Below are positions 1 through 18,938 of a stretch of 29,101 nt of DNA, one piece after another. The first letter of the stretch is position 1. Each line of letters begins with the position of its first letter. Made by a program: the position numbers and the translations under genes. Origin of the DNA: Macrostomum lignano (Eukaryota); assembly GCA_002269645.1 (NCBI GenBank), contig NIVC01001114.1:1-29101 (forward strand), read 5' to 3'. Below the pieces are notes generated by a model. The model was not told where the DNA came from and ran no database searches. It saw only the letters and a program-made list of their open reading frames with translations.

Positions 1-242
1 TTTTATAGTCTTGAATCTCAATCGAGAAAAGCAATCTGAATTTAATTTCACAAGATATTAATTTATTTATAATAATCTGACAAATAAAATGCGTAAATAA
101 ATAAAGGTGCTAATTAAATTAGTATCACACTAAGCAAATTATTAGCAGCAAAAATTACGCAAAAATACGAGCGTATAATCACAAAACCAAAAAGCTGAAT
201 TTTAAAAAATTAACACCCATTGTTTAGCACTCAGCAGTGCCG

Positions 243-1558
243 CTACTTATTGAATCCCGCATTCACCTGGCCGCCACTGCCGCTAGCCGTCACTGCAGCA
301 TCGTAGCTCGGAGGCGCGGCAGTGTACTGCGGGTACTGCGGGGCCTGTGGGTACTGCGGCTGCGTCGGGTACGGCTGAGACCCCGCCGGGTACTGCGGCG
401 CAGCGGGGTAGCTGTCGGCAGGCGGCGGGACCGTCACTTGACCGGCGCTGACCACGACGGAACTGGCGCCCTGGACCCGTCGGCGCGCCCGACTGCGCAT
501 GCCGGAGTAAATGCCGAACACGATGAGGCCGAACAAGAACAGGCCGACTAACGCGTAGACCCAAATGTTACTGCTGGTTGAATAGTAAGGAGTGTAGGTG
601 TTTGGCACGGTGTAAAACGTACTCGTGCCGCCAGGAGGTGCGGAGCAGGCGAATTTGTTTCGATCGCTGCAGTCATCCATAAAAATTGCGTAATACGAGC
701 TTTTGTCGTTGAAAGTCCCACAGCGTTCGTACGATAGGCAGCTGGACGAAGAGCCACCTGAGTAGCAGCTGATCTCCGACGTCCTAAAGCACGGATGGTT
801 CGGGAGTCAAAAACAAGAGAAAGAGTAGGTAAATGTTAGATAAAAGGAAAAACGGATCTAGAAATTACCAGAATTGTAGCGTTCCACTCAGCCAGTAGTG
901 GAGAATCGAGACGAGCGGTCGGTCAGTCCGATCCAGGTGTAGTAGCGCCTCAGACTGTTCGGCAGCAGTCGCATGAACGAGCCAATGTTGTTGTAGTACG
1001 CAACCGGAACATGTAGGAGATTCGAGCGCATGCTGTTGCAAGCTCGCTGAGCGTCAAGGTAGTTCTGGCTGCTTTCGATGCTGTCAGTACCGTAGCAGGT
1101 GCCGCTGATGTATGTCCAGCCGGGAATGCAGCCGTTAAAGTCCATCGCTCGAACTCGGACTGTGACGCCCTCGCTGTTCGACTGGTCTCCGGTCGCATCG
1201 AAGCGGACCTTCAGCGACTTCGACGGCGTCAAGATGTTGTGTTGGTAGTCTGGGATGCTGGAACCGCTAAACAGCACCTCATCGCCGGAGCTGATGGTGA
1301 ACACTGCCGAGCTGACCTTGAACGACTTGACTTCGACGAAGAATGCTCGTTGGGCGACTCCGCGTTGAACTCGCAGCTCAGGTCGGAGGAGTAGCCGGCT
1401 TCGTTCTGGCGTCTCGTGGTCAGGTAGAAGTCCGTCAGTGACGCGCTGACGATGGTAGGAGAGTCTGGGCTGCAGTAGAACTGCTGCTGGGCCGCGGCGG
1501 CCGCAACGAGGCAGACCATAAGGACCAGCAGTTTGTGCAAGCCGACTCTGTGTTGCAT
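243..1558 (-). CDS. Type I membrane protein: signal peptide, CUB domain, C-type lectin domain, TM helix, Pro/Tyr/Gln-rich tail with PPSY motif (about 410 aa after restoring two missing bases)
   Basis: ATG at 1558 (MQHRVGLHKLLVLMVCLVAAAAA). CUB-like sequence C..GYSSDLSCEF..AFFVEVKSF..SKSLKVRFDATGDQSNSEG. CTL motifs CIPGWTYISGTCY..NYLDAQRAC..WIGLTD..YWLSGT..W..C..ERC..DDCSDRNKFAC. A phase-2 GT-AG intron at 784-868 joins TG|G to give Trp. TM is IWVYALVGLFLFGLIVFGIY followed by RSRARRR. Stop TAG at 243-245. The frame needs +1 nt near 1346 and near 903. Confidence 0.8.
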
Positions 1559-2967
1559 GTCTCTGTTTCCTATGGGCTTGCGTTCTGCCTCACAATCGGA
1601 TTGAGTCTCATTTGCTAGCCGTTTCCACTGGCAATATATTCCTTTGCAAGACGAGTTTGCCGAGAGAGCTCTGATAAGATATGCCAAGTTATATTTAGTT
1701 TCTGGCTATGTACATCTGCGCTGACGAATGACATCGGCTGAAATTTAATGCTTGACAATTTGCTGAGCCACTTTCGATGATAATAATTATCGCACTTGAT
1801 GATAAAATCGCAGTAGATAACTCGTACAAACAAAAGCTGGACGCACTTGCAGTAAATTTTTGTTGCAGAGACCAACGTGCGTTGTCTTATCACAATCAGT
1901 TTGCGTGTATAGGTTGCTGCTTGGAAACCTGCATTGCCCAGTACCGACCTAAGCTGCATGGCCATTAGTTGAAGAAAAAGAGAAATGTCTCTGCAGGTCT
2001 TTCTCACTTTTGACTTACCGACCTACAAGTCATGCAAGTTACTTGTATGAGTAATAAACTGTGCTATTCAAGACAGTACAATTTATTTTGCACTTTCGAT
2101 GAGTCATTTTCATCACGACGAGACGTCTTCTGGTTGTACAAGATGTTTGAATTTTGACTTTGCAATTAGTTGGTGAAAGCAAGGACTATTCAGTAAGGAC
2201 GGGAAACTACGTCTGAAGGATCCTCGCTTGAGGTTGCATTTGTTGTGTGCACGAGCCTTCCGTAATTATAAACTATTGGCTTCTGATCTTGCTATTGGTA
2301 AACCAATAGTATTGGTAGACCGGTAGTCAGGTATCTACCCACGGAAAATTGTGCAAAAACTTCTATATAGTTTTGATATTTCTTTCAGGTTTCTTGGATA
2401 TTTGGTTATTTTTCGCAATTCTCCCTATCCGAAATCTTGCAAGATCTTTCCAAGATTATAAAAGATTTGAGTCTGACAAAATCGTACAAAGACTAAGACT
2501 GAATTATCTTATCACAAGTTAGACATCTATTATAAGAACACTTGTGGAAATCTTGCTTAGTCATGCTGGTGGACTGCACTTGCAAAATATCACCTAAAAT
2601 GATTCTGCAGAATGATCTACGAGCGTATAATTATTAACGTACATTTTTTCTAAGATTCTCAATAGATAGCCATTAGGGTAAAATGTAGTACTTGCACTTT
2701 GACTCTTGTCTTCTAATGCTCGAAAAGTAGGAGCCCGAGTATTTGAGATTTAGGCTTCAGTTTTAATAGCAATGTGGGCTCTCTGGGTTGGCTCGCTACT
2801 CTCTGCTTTGCACTGGAGCGTTTCGTCTATGGCTCAAAGCCAGCCAAGGTCCAGGGCTGCTGGCAATGCTGCGAACTAATCGTTTTGCTATACTTGATAA
2901 AAGACTTCGCAGCCGGTAGGTTTTCTTTTTCGCAGAAATTAACGTCAAAAAGAAACAAACATTTGCG

Positions 2968-3550
2968 ATGTGGAATACGTCACGTTTTTTGCTGTCGTCT
3001 CAAGTGCTGCTGATTTTGGCTGCCATATTCGTTGGGAACGCCAGCGCCTGCAAGAAAGTCACTAGACCAATCAAGAAATTATTTGCCAGTAAGTGATTTG
3101 GCTGATTTTATTAAAGAAAACTGGCTAAAGCTATGAATATGCAGAAATATCTCTGTGCCTCCCAGCAGAAACCTAAGTCGCTTTTCAATGTATATGGACT
3201 GGCAAGGCTGACTAATTGTGTCTAACCATTTCAAATTCACAGATCCGAAAGTCACGGAGGTCGACGGGCACACCTGCTACACTCAGGAGTCCATCAGGAT
3301 TGACGAAGGCGTCGCAGCCTTCACTAACGACAACATGGACAAAGACCTGTCCTTGGCTGAGTGCAAGAAGTTCTGCAAGGAGTCCGGCTTTGAAGGCAAA
3401 ATTGTCGGACTGACTCCGACCGAGTGCCACTGCAACAAGTACATGAAATACGACGGCAAGCGCGACAAGGAAAAATGCCCAATTAGGTGCAAAGGCAACG
3501 ACCAGGACTATTGCGGCGGCATTGGCTACATCTCGGTTTACCCCAGCTAG
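2968..3550 (+). CDS. Secreted single-WSC-domain protein A (142 aa)
   Basis: Exon 1 2968-3088 (MWNTSRFLLSSQVLLILAAIFVGNASACKK..., donor A|GTAAGT). Exon 2 3243-3550 (acceptor ttcacag). Phase-1 join is in frame, 429 nt. Eight-Cys WSC pattern TCYT..ECKKFC..ECHC..KCPIRCKG..YCGG..ISVY. AATAAA near 3743. Confidence 0.9.
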
Positions 3551-3911
3551 AGGGGGCGATGCTTCTGTGAAAGATGAACTATAGCTACTGTAAACTAAAT
3601 ATTGGTGGATTTTTGTTTAGTTATTTTAGAACCTTGCAGCACCCATCTGAGCTGAATTTCTTTTGCAGTCTGGTTTCTGTTTTCTTAACTATTCATTAGG
3701 TAAAACTGCAGTGTGCGATGAAGTATATAGGATCTACTCCTAAATAAAATGTATTTCAAAATGAAGTTATAAGACTTCAATTCAACTTTTAAGAATTTAA
3801 ACTATAGGTTGCCGGTTCTTCGTATTTAAGTTTAATGAGGTGAAAATAAATCAGTCAGTGTAATAAGCAACTTTTCTCACTAGATAACGCATTTTGTAGA
3901 GAATTGGGAGT

Positions 3912-3950
3912 GCTTTGCTTCAGTTCACCCAGCCGTAAAATGGGTGCCAG
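3912..3950 (-). mobile_element. Possible CORE-SINE (MIR-core-like) remnant
   Basis: Minus strand reads CCCATTTTACGGCTGGGTGAACTGAAGCA, which by eye resembles the MIR/CORE consensus CCCATTTTACAGATGAGGAAACTGAGGCA as I recall it (about 23/29). No clear tRNA head seen. Confidence 0.3.
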
Positions 3951-4488
3951 CATTAGCTGGGGTAATTGAGGGTGTGTGTGGCGACCCCCCCCCCCCAGTC
4001 CTTGGACTGAACAGCCGTACGCAGCCTTCAGATACGCCGCGCAATAGCTGCGGCTGAGCTGTCGGTTGTACATCTGCTCATTAGAGCAGGTGTTATCACT
4101 TATTATTATTACTATTATCATCACGATCATCAATTTCAGGAAGACTGCAGCTATCTACCACGAGCCATGCTGCATGCCCCGATACATATTACTGTAGTAT
4201 AAAAGCAAACCGTTAACAAGTTAAAGTTAAGGCGCATGCTGCATGAGATCACCGTATCAATCTGGCCCGAATCAGACACTGGGTGTACTTTTTTAAGATG
4301 TCCCACTTTGTTTAGGAATTCGAATAATTTGTCTATGGTTGAATCGGTCGGTCAGTCTGTACAGATCTTTTTCGATATTAATTTGCCTTCAACGCTTGCT
4401 TGGGCATAAAAAATTATTAAGTTGTAAATTATCAAGCCGCTGAGGCATCAACGAGTTCGTAGTACAAGGAGGCTTCACCTGCGGCGCC

Positions 4489-4978
4489 ATGTTGAATTTC
4501 CAATTCATTGCTTGCCTCGTGGTTCTTCTGACCACCGTAGCGTCAGTTCAAGCCTGCCCGAGGAGCTTTGTGGCGATCAGAAATACGTTTAGCTGTAAGT
4601 TTTGTATAGGCTCCGTCCGTTTAACCAGAGTCCGTTTAAACATGACCACACTCCCACTGTCACGCTGCTCCAGCTCGAATCAAGACGCTTAACGGACCCA
4701 GCTGCTTCACCGAGCGGTCTTTGCGCACCGCAGGCGAAACGGAGGGCACCTACGACGAACTGAAGGAGACGATGACTCCTGACGCCTGCCGCAAGCTGTG
4801 CAAGGACAAGGGCCATTCAGCTAGCAAAATCATTGCGGTGTCGCAGACGCTGTGCCACTGCGACAAGAACTTCAAAAAGGAGGGCTTATCGGACGTTGCC
4901 AAGTGCACGAACAGTTGCCCGGGCAATCTAGATGAGCGTTGCGGCGGTCCGGAGTATCTGTCTGCCTATCCAGTGTAG
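4489..4978 (+). CDS. Secreted single-WSC-domain protein B (136 aa)
   Basis: Exon 1 4489-4594 (MLNFQFIACLVVLLTTVASVQACPRSF..., donor T|GTAAGT). Exon 2 4674-4978 (acceptor gctccag). 79-nt phase-1 intron, 411 nt CDS. WSC pattern SCFT..ACRKLC..LCHC..KCTNSCPG..RCGG..LSAY. Confidence 0.9.
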
Positions 4979-5653
4979 GAGCCGCGCCTCGATAGTTTGC
5001 TCAAATATAAGTTTTAGAGCATGGATGGACACGTACCTAGCTATAGTCTGCGATACAAGTTAAGAGACAATTTTTTAGCTATCGTACTACCGAGTGAATT
5101 CTTTGTTTTAACTACCGGTAATAAATTACCACCATTCTATATCATTTTTGAAATAAACCTGCACATTTGGCGGCCATCCAGATTTTTTTTATATTTCCAA
5201 CAGGCACTACTAAACATACTGAAATATACTTCAAGTATAAGACGCTGGAGACAAATAGCATAGAGAGCTCTGCAAAGCGAGTTCACTTTTACTGCAGCTT
5301 AAGATTGCACTACTCAACTGACAAGTATGTTCTAGAAATTTCCAATCCAGAATTCAACCATTGGCCTGCGAAACAATGAGGACTGCAAGACCAAGGATCC
5401 CATACGAGAACATGGACTGTCCATGTGGGTGGGGTATAAAGTGAAGTTCACTTCCTGTTCAAGTGTAGTTCAAACTTCTATGATGCTCTCCGTAATAAAT
5501 GTGAACAGGAAATCATGGATCATAAAATTTCGAATTTTAAAAACCTTGCTGCAGAGAGGAAAAAGTATATTTACCTAGTAACTCTAAACGATCGAGACAC
5601 AATGTAAATTCTAGCAAAAGTGATCAGAGACACTGTGAAAATCAATTGGTACT

Positions 5654-5686
5654 TACGAGGCGTGTCCGGAAAGCAGTGCTAACTTT
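5654..5686 (+). mobile_element. Possible solo mariner-type terminal inverted repeat remnant
   Basis: TACGAGGCGTGTCCGGAAAGCAGTGCTAACTTT resembles the TACGAGG..GTCC..AAAGT start of mariner TIRs. No convincing partner TIR or transposase found in the window. Confidence 0.25.
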
Positions 5687-5900
5687 GACGAGGTTGCGCA
5701 AGCCTATGACCAAACTTGACGACGATGTAAATAAGCATCCGGCTTGTATAACTATCGCTAATCCTGCATGTACTTTAAGCTGGTTTGAGTTGTCTATGAC
5801 CGAGCTTTAGCCACGTGGCTTTGGCTTAAAACACGAAGAAATTATTGGGTCAAGGACAATTCATAACAGTAGAGAAAGAGAGCCATCATAAAAAATTGGC

Positions 5901-6409
5901 ATGGCGCATCGCTTAATCCTTTTAGTATTCACCTGTGGAGTCATTCTGCTTAGCAACGTTGCCGAAGTGCATGGCTTCACCCGGGCTTTTGTAGCCTTGA
6001 AAAACATGGTCTCATGTAAGCTTGTTCAGCTGTTGTCTGATTCTGTCTTGATGACGCAAATGCAAGTCCGTCTCTGTTTGAATTCCTAGCCCGGACGCAC
6101 TCCGTACTCGGTCCATCCTGCTTCACACTGAGATCCCTGAGAACTGTCGGCTCAAACGAGGGCACGTACAATAACTCCATGGTGCAGTCGTTCAAGTCCT
6201 GCCGCAACCTGTGCAAAAAGAAAGGCCACGAACAGACTGACATCATCGCGATTGAGGTCGACTTGTGCCACTGCGGCAAGGAGTTCCGCAAAAACGGCCG
6301 GGCGGACGTCAACAAGTGCTTGCACAGCTGCCCTGGCCGGATCGAGGAGCGCTGCGGAGGGCCCGGCCACATCTCCGCTTATCCATACGACATGAAAATT
6401 GACTACTAA
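5901..6409 (+). CDS. Secreted single-WSC-domain protein C (144 aa)
   Basis: Exon 1 5901-6015 (MAHRLILLVFTCGVILLSNVAEVHGFTRAF..., donor T|GTAAGC). Exon 2 6090-6409 (acceptor ttcctag). 74-nt phase-1 intron, 435 nt CDS. WSC pattern SCFT..SCRNLC..LCHC..KCLHSCPG..RCGG..ISAY. Closest to gene B (GPSCFT.RSLRT.G..EGTY). Confidence 0.9.
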
Positions 6410-6932
6410 CCAGGCAGGACTGAGTACTTTAAGTAGCTGCATCAACTAAATCGCTATATTGTCCTGGTTTAGATTTTTTGTTCTCTCATTTAAAGCACTT
6501 AGGAACGAGACGCCTTCTTTGCGTGGTACATGCGGTACCAACCAGTTTACAGATTTGTTTTGCTGTAGGCAAGCGAATTCCTCACTAAAATTAGCGCGGT
6601 AAATAAAAAAATGCTGAGTTCGATGGACAAAAGGTTACAAATAAGTTCAGCACACCTTTGACAACATGTAACGATTTACTTTAAATAACAATTGCTTCTC
6701 AAAACTTCTCTTCAAGATCTGCTATTGCCGAAGAAAGCATTTATCAGGGTATTATTTTACAACATTCTAAGATAATCTCTTAAGTGACAAAGTGAGACAG
6801 AGAGAAGGAAAGCGTCTGTTTAATGCGAATATTGGAGTCCAGCAGGAGACAGGTTCAGGAAAGTTGCAGCGGCACCGGGAAAGGGTGCCTGATGAGAAAA
6901 CTTGGTGAAAAGGTGAATCGGCTAATTCGGCA

Positions 6933-14672
<7,740 letters not shown>

Positions 14673-15288
14673 GGCTCGCATCGCTGCGATACCTTTTTTA
14701 AATCGAGTGTGACTTATTGGTGACTTGCTGCTTGAGCTCACTTCTGCAAAGGGTGCCTTTATATTTGCTCCTTTGCCTTCTTCTTTTGCATGACTTCTGC
14801 ATGCTGGACTTTGCGCCGCGGCTTATAGTTGCCGCTCTGGCCTGCATGGTACGCAGTGGTTGGCTGCAGGCTGCACCCCCCCCCTTACTGGCCAATCCTC
14901 TGAGTCCGGAAGCGTGGTCGAAGAAACCAAGCCTAGTCCTATACCGAGAACTCGGAAAGGCCGTCTCCTAATAGCGCAGCTGTATGGCTAATTCCCCTTG
15001 TACGGACGGGATCTGGCAAGCATCGATAAGATAGCACGGCTCGCCTCATGCAGTACCGTTCCCCTGAGCGGTATTCCGGTCCCTTACAGGGGCTAGCAAA
15101 ACTGTACAGCAAACTGTTTCTTAGAGACGCAAGCGTTTACCAATTGACTGCATGAAAGGTGAAGCAAAGTTCGGGTGTGCAGACAGACAGATCTAGTCAA
15201 TTGACCGTATTGACTGACTGACTCAAAGGTGGGGCGTTGGGCGGGGAAGGTGGCATTTCAAGTCAAAGTAAAGATCTTGTAGTGGCGC

Positions 15289-16278
15289 TGAGGGAATCCA
15301 AGAGGCTGAGTTAAGTACCGAGGGAATCCAAGAGGCTGAATCAAGCACTGAGGGATTCTAAGAGGCTGAGTCAAGCACTGAGGGAATCCAAGAAGCTGAG
15401 TCAAGCATTGAGGGAATCCAAGAGGTTGATAGTCAAGCACGGTGGGAATCCAAGAGGCTGATTCAAGCATTGTGGGAATATAAAAGGCTGAGTCAAGCAT
15501 TGAGGGAATCCAAGAGGCTGAGTCAAGCATTGAGGGAATCCAAGAGGTTGATAGTCAAGCACGGTGGGAATCCAAGAGGCTGATAGTCAAGCACGGTGGG
15601 AATCCAAGAGGCTGAGTCAAGCATTGAGGGAATCCAAGAGGTTGATAGTCAAGCACTTAGGGAATCCAAGAGGCTGAGTCAGACACTGAGGGAATCCAAG
15701 AGGCTGAATCAAGCACTGAGGGATTCCAAGAGGCTGAATCAAGCACTGAGGGATTCCAAGAGGCTGATAGTCAAGCACGGTGGGAATCCAAGAGGCTGAG
15801 TCAAGCATTGTGGGAATCTAAAAGGCTGAGTCAAGCATTGAGGGAATCCAAAAGGCTGAGTCAAGCACGGTCCGAATCCAAGAGGCTGAGTCAAGCATTG
15901 AGGGAATCCAAGAGGCTGAGTCAAGCATTGAGGGAATCCAAGAGGTTGATAGTCAAGCACTTAGGGAATCCAAGAGGCTGAGTCAGACACTGAGGGAATC
16001 CAAGAGGCTGAATCAAGCACTGAGGGATTCCAAGAGGCTGAATCAAGCACTGAGGGATTCCAAGAGGCTGATAGTCAAGCACGGTGGGAATCCAAGAGGC
16101 TGAGTCAAGCATTGTGGGAATCTAAAAGGCTGAGTCAAGCATTGAGGGAATCCAAAAGGCTGAGTCAAGCACGGTCCGAATCCAAGAGGCTGAGTCAAGC
16201 ATTGAGGGAATCCAAGAGGCTGAGAGTCAAGCACTGAGGGAATCCAAGAGGCTGAGTTAGACACTAAGAAAATCCAAG
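15289..16278 (+). repeat. 30/32-bp minisatellite (~32 units, GAGGGAATCCAAGAGGCTGAGTCAAGCACT) with a 304-bp higher-order duplication
   Basis: Tandem units are visible. The block near 15617-15960 recurs at offset +304 (matching ORF translations at 15617/15921 and 15739/16043). I counted 16 exact TGAGTCA. Confidence 0.95.
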
Positions 16279-16312
16279 GCTTAGTCCTTGCATTTGAACT
16301 TCCAATACTCAG

Positions 16313-16527
16313 TCTGCATTCATATTACATAAGGATGGATTAATGCGTACAAACCGCAGGTGAGTGGGTTCATCATGCCTTTGACTGGTCTCGCTTATCG
16401 CTCATTCATCAATTACACTAAAAAGAGCAGACGGGACGCAGGAGCAAGCGAGCAAAAAGTGGTGCAAACACTGGACCGATTGCTCAAAATCGAGCGAGTG
16501 CTCTTAGGCCTAGAGCATGAAGGATAG
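16313..16527 (+). CDS. Possible small spliced coding segment of unknown identity
   Basis: Candidate exons 16313-16359 (donor AG|GTGAGT) and 16431-16527, with a 71-nt intron, join in frame to SAFILHKDGLMRTNRRRDAGASEQKVVQTLDRLLKIERVLLGLEHEG*. The acceptor is purine-rich and no homology is recognised. Confidence 0.2.
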
Positions 16528-17425
16528 AATGGGTTGATGATGCCTGAGCCCATGAAGCAGCACGAAACCCCTGGACGAATTAATGTGGCCTTACGGAGTC
16601 GGGTTCAAGTCTAAAAGGAGTATTTATAAATTATAATTCGCCATATAATTTAGGCTGTCAATTTGAAAGTTCACATAGTTTTAGAGTATTTTAGCTTACT
16701 TCTAAAATAGAATGGGGAGCCGAGTGTTTCGGCAAGGCAGATGAACAGCAGAGTGGACTTGGAAAGCAGTCAAGCACTACTCATCTGAGTGGATGGCTTG
16801 CCGCAACTAACCTGAGGTGTCACTGCTAATCAGTAGCTCACTGCAGACCGACTGTGCATGGCATGGCTGCAAGTTAAAGACTGCCATAGCACTCAACTGC
16901 CGCTTGGATTTGCTGCCCTGCTCAGGCCACAGTTGCACTCTGCAGCTTGAGCCAGTAGGTCCCTATGTGCTGAAACTCTCACACAATAGAATTTTAATTG
17001 TTAGCTATACTATATCCATCAAGTCAGGCAGATTCAGTTACGTTAATAATTTACAAGTTGAAGATACTTGAGTATGACACGACTAGTCAGGTTTTTTCAG
17101 ATCTTCAAGCGGTTCAATACAACGTTTTTTCCGAAATCGAGATTAAAATAAATAAAAGAAAACACTTCTTGTTTTTAGCGTAAAAACAGATTCTGCTTTT
17201 TCACTTACAATGCGGTGCAGTAAATTCGTTTCTGAGTGCACAATTCACTTGAATAGCTACTACAAGTAAAGTTGGCAACAAAAAATAGTGTCTTACTTAG
17301 AACACCTAACTATCTACTTAAGTCTCCATTTGTATCTTACTTCCTCCCAAAAGCTTTTTTAAATTCTTATTCAAACTCTTAGTTCTTACTCGTGTGAAAT
17401 AACGACAAAAGAAAAGGTCACAAGG

Positions 17426-17902
17426 TCACAAATAGTACCCCGAGGCGAAGCCTTTTCCGCCGCACTTGAACAAATGGCTGCCGCGACAGTCCACATCGCA
17501 CTTGGACGCGTCGCGCTTGGCATGACGTCTAAACGCCTTGTTGCAATGGCAGGTTTCGTATTGCAGTATCACAAATTGATTCGAATAACCCTTTTCCGCG
17601 CAGAACTTTTGACACTTTTGAGGTTGGGCATTTTCAATATCAGCCGAGGTGCCCGAGGCCGCATCGATGAACATCCCGTCGGCGTAGTAGCATCCGGTTT
17701 CTTTGATAGTATCATCAGGATTAAATGCATTTTCTGAAAAAATTTGGTTCGTTCATACTAATTCATCACTTTAACGCCGCCAGTCTTGAAAAAAACAGAA
17801 TTGAAGCATGGAGAGGCCAAACTTACTGATAGTATTCGGGCAGGCAGCAGTAAAGCTAAGTACACAAACCAATACTGGTAGAAAAACTAGAAATTTAGCC
17901 AT
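17426..17902 (-). CDS. Secreted single-WSC-domain protein D (127 aa)
   Basis: Exon 1 17827-17902 (MAKFLVFLPVLVCVLSFTAACPNTI, donor A|GTAAGT). Exon 2 17426-17733 (acceptor ttttcag). Phase-1 intron, 384 nt CDS. WSC pattern GCYY..KCQKFC..TCHC..KCDVDCRG..KCGG..GYY. Confidence 0.9.
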
Positions 17903-18593
17903 GCTGGTTGTCAAGATGTATGCTGAGAAGTTTATAGCTGAGTTGCTTTTTAATGCGTACGTAAGCACGCATACACTTGCCTCTACTTGGCTAGTAATTA
18001 GCGAAAGTCTGCAGTCAGGGTGCAATATAAATTCTAGCGATTAAACGAATCCGTCTTTAAGAGTGAATAGTCTATGGTAAAACGGGAAAGCACTTAATAC
18101 GGACAGTTATTAGTGCACATAAGAATAGGATGGTCGGTAGTGACTTTTGGTCGGGTTGGTCAGCTTATTTACACTGTAGTTAAACGGTGCATGTGCATAC
18201 CACTATAGTACGAGTGTAGCCTGCTCTTGTCTGGACTTTACTCATGTTTACTAATCTTCAGACCAGTTTCTGTGGAAAGGAAATGCGGTTTTGTGTGACA
18301 GAGCTTCAATCCATTATATCAATTTAGACGCTCTCTGATGCAACATCAATGCACCTTGTCTGTCAAGTCCCTGGGTGCAGTTCCGGTGCGCTTGCACTCG
18401 TCGAGGGTCCACCTGTTACAAAGATTATATTGGACAACAGTTTAATCGGGTAAAGAAGATTGAACTATACTTTACTAGCTGCAAAATATTTTCGTTGCTG
18501 ACTGCTTTTCCTGTTCAATTTAGCATCTTTTGGATGTACAGGAAGGATGTCCCACCTAAAGTGCTAGATTTTTATGTTGACTTTAATTTTTGT

Positions 18594-18638
18594 CCCCTCT
18601 CCTCTCCTCTCCTCTCTTCTCCTCTCCTCTCCTCTCTC
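18594..18638 (+). repeat. (CTCCT)n microsatellite
   Basis: Directly visible. Confidence 0.9.
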
Positions 18639-18779
18639 CGCCAATACTGTACGCAGGCACGCACTCATGCACTCACTCACACAGGGTGTACAGCGGCCCC
18701 GACTTTCTTCAAAATTACTTGGCATGGCTTATTGTTAATATAAAGCGTGTAGCTCAGTATTGTGAGACTGAAGCACTAT

Positions 18780-18938
18780 TCAGCTGAGTGGACGGCTTCC
18801 CGCATCTATATAATCTGACGTGTCACTGCTAATCAGCAAGTCCCTCTCGACCCGCTGTGCATGGCGGCTCTTCGGACAGGCATTGGTAAAGCTAAGTATG
18901 CAAAGCAATACAGTTGGAAAAACTAGAATGTTCGCCAT
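18780..18938 (-). pseudogene. Internally deleted paralog of WSC gene D: signal-peptide exon without donor or WSC exon, giving a 52-aa ORF
   Basis: MANILVFPTVLLCILSFTNACPK aligns to gene D MAKFLVFLPVLVCVLSFTAACPN. The upstream flank 18941-19020 matches 17903-17975. After CPK the sequence switches to a homolog of 16780-16865. Confidence 0.6.

Noticed and set aside
237-564. Overlapping ORFs 237-551 (+) and 283-564 (-)
   Set aside because: Shadow frames of the GC-rich receptor exon.
5410-5426. Perfect 17-bp palindrome ACATGGACTGTCCATGT
   Set aside because: Short and isolated, with no supporting context.
15258-16264. Satellite ORFs, and a possible CRISPR-like array
   Set aside because: 32-nt units break the frames. 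Units are contiguous with no unique spacers, there are no cas genes, and the context is eukaryotic.
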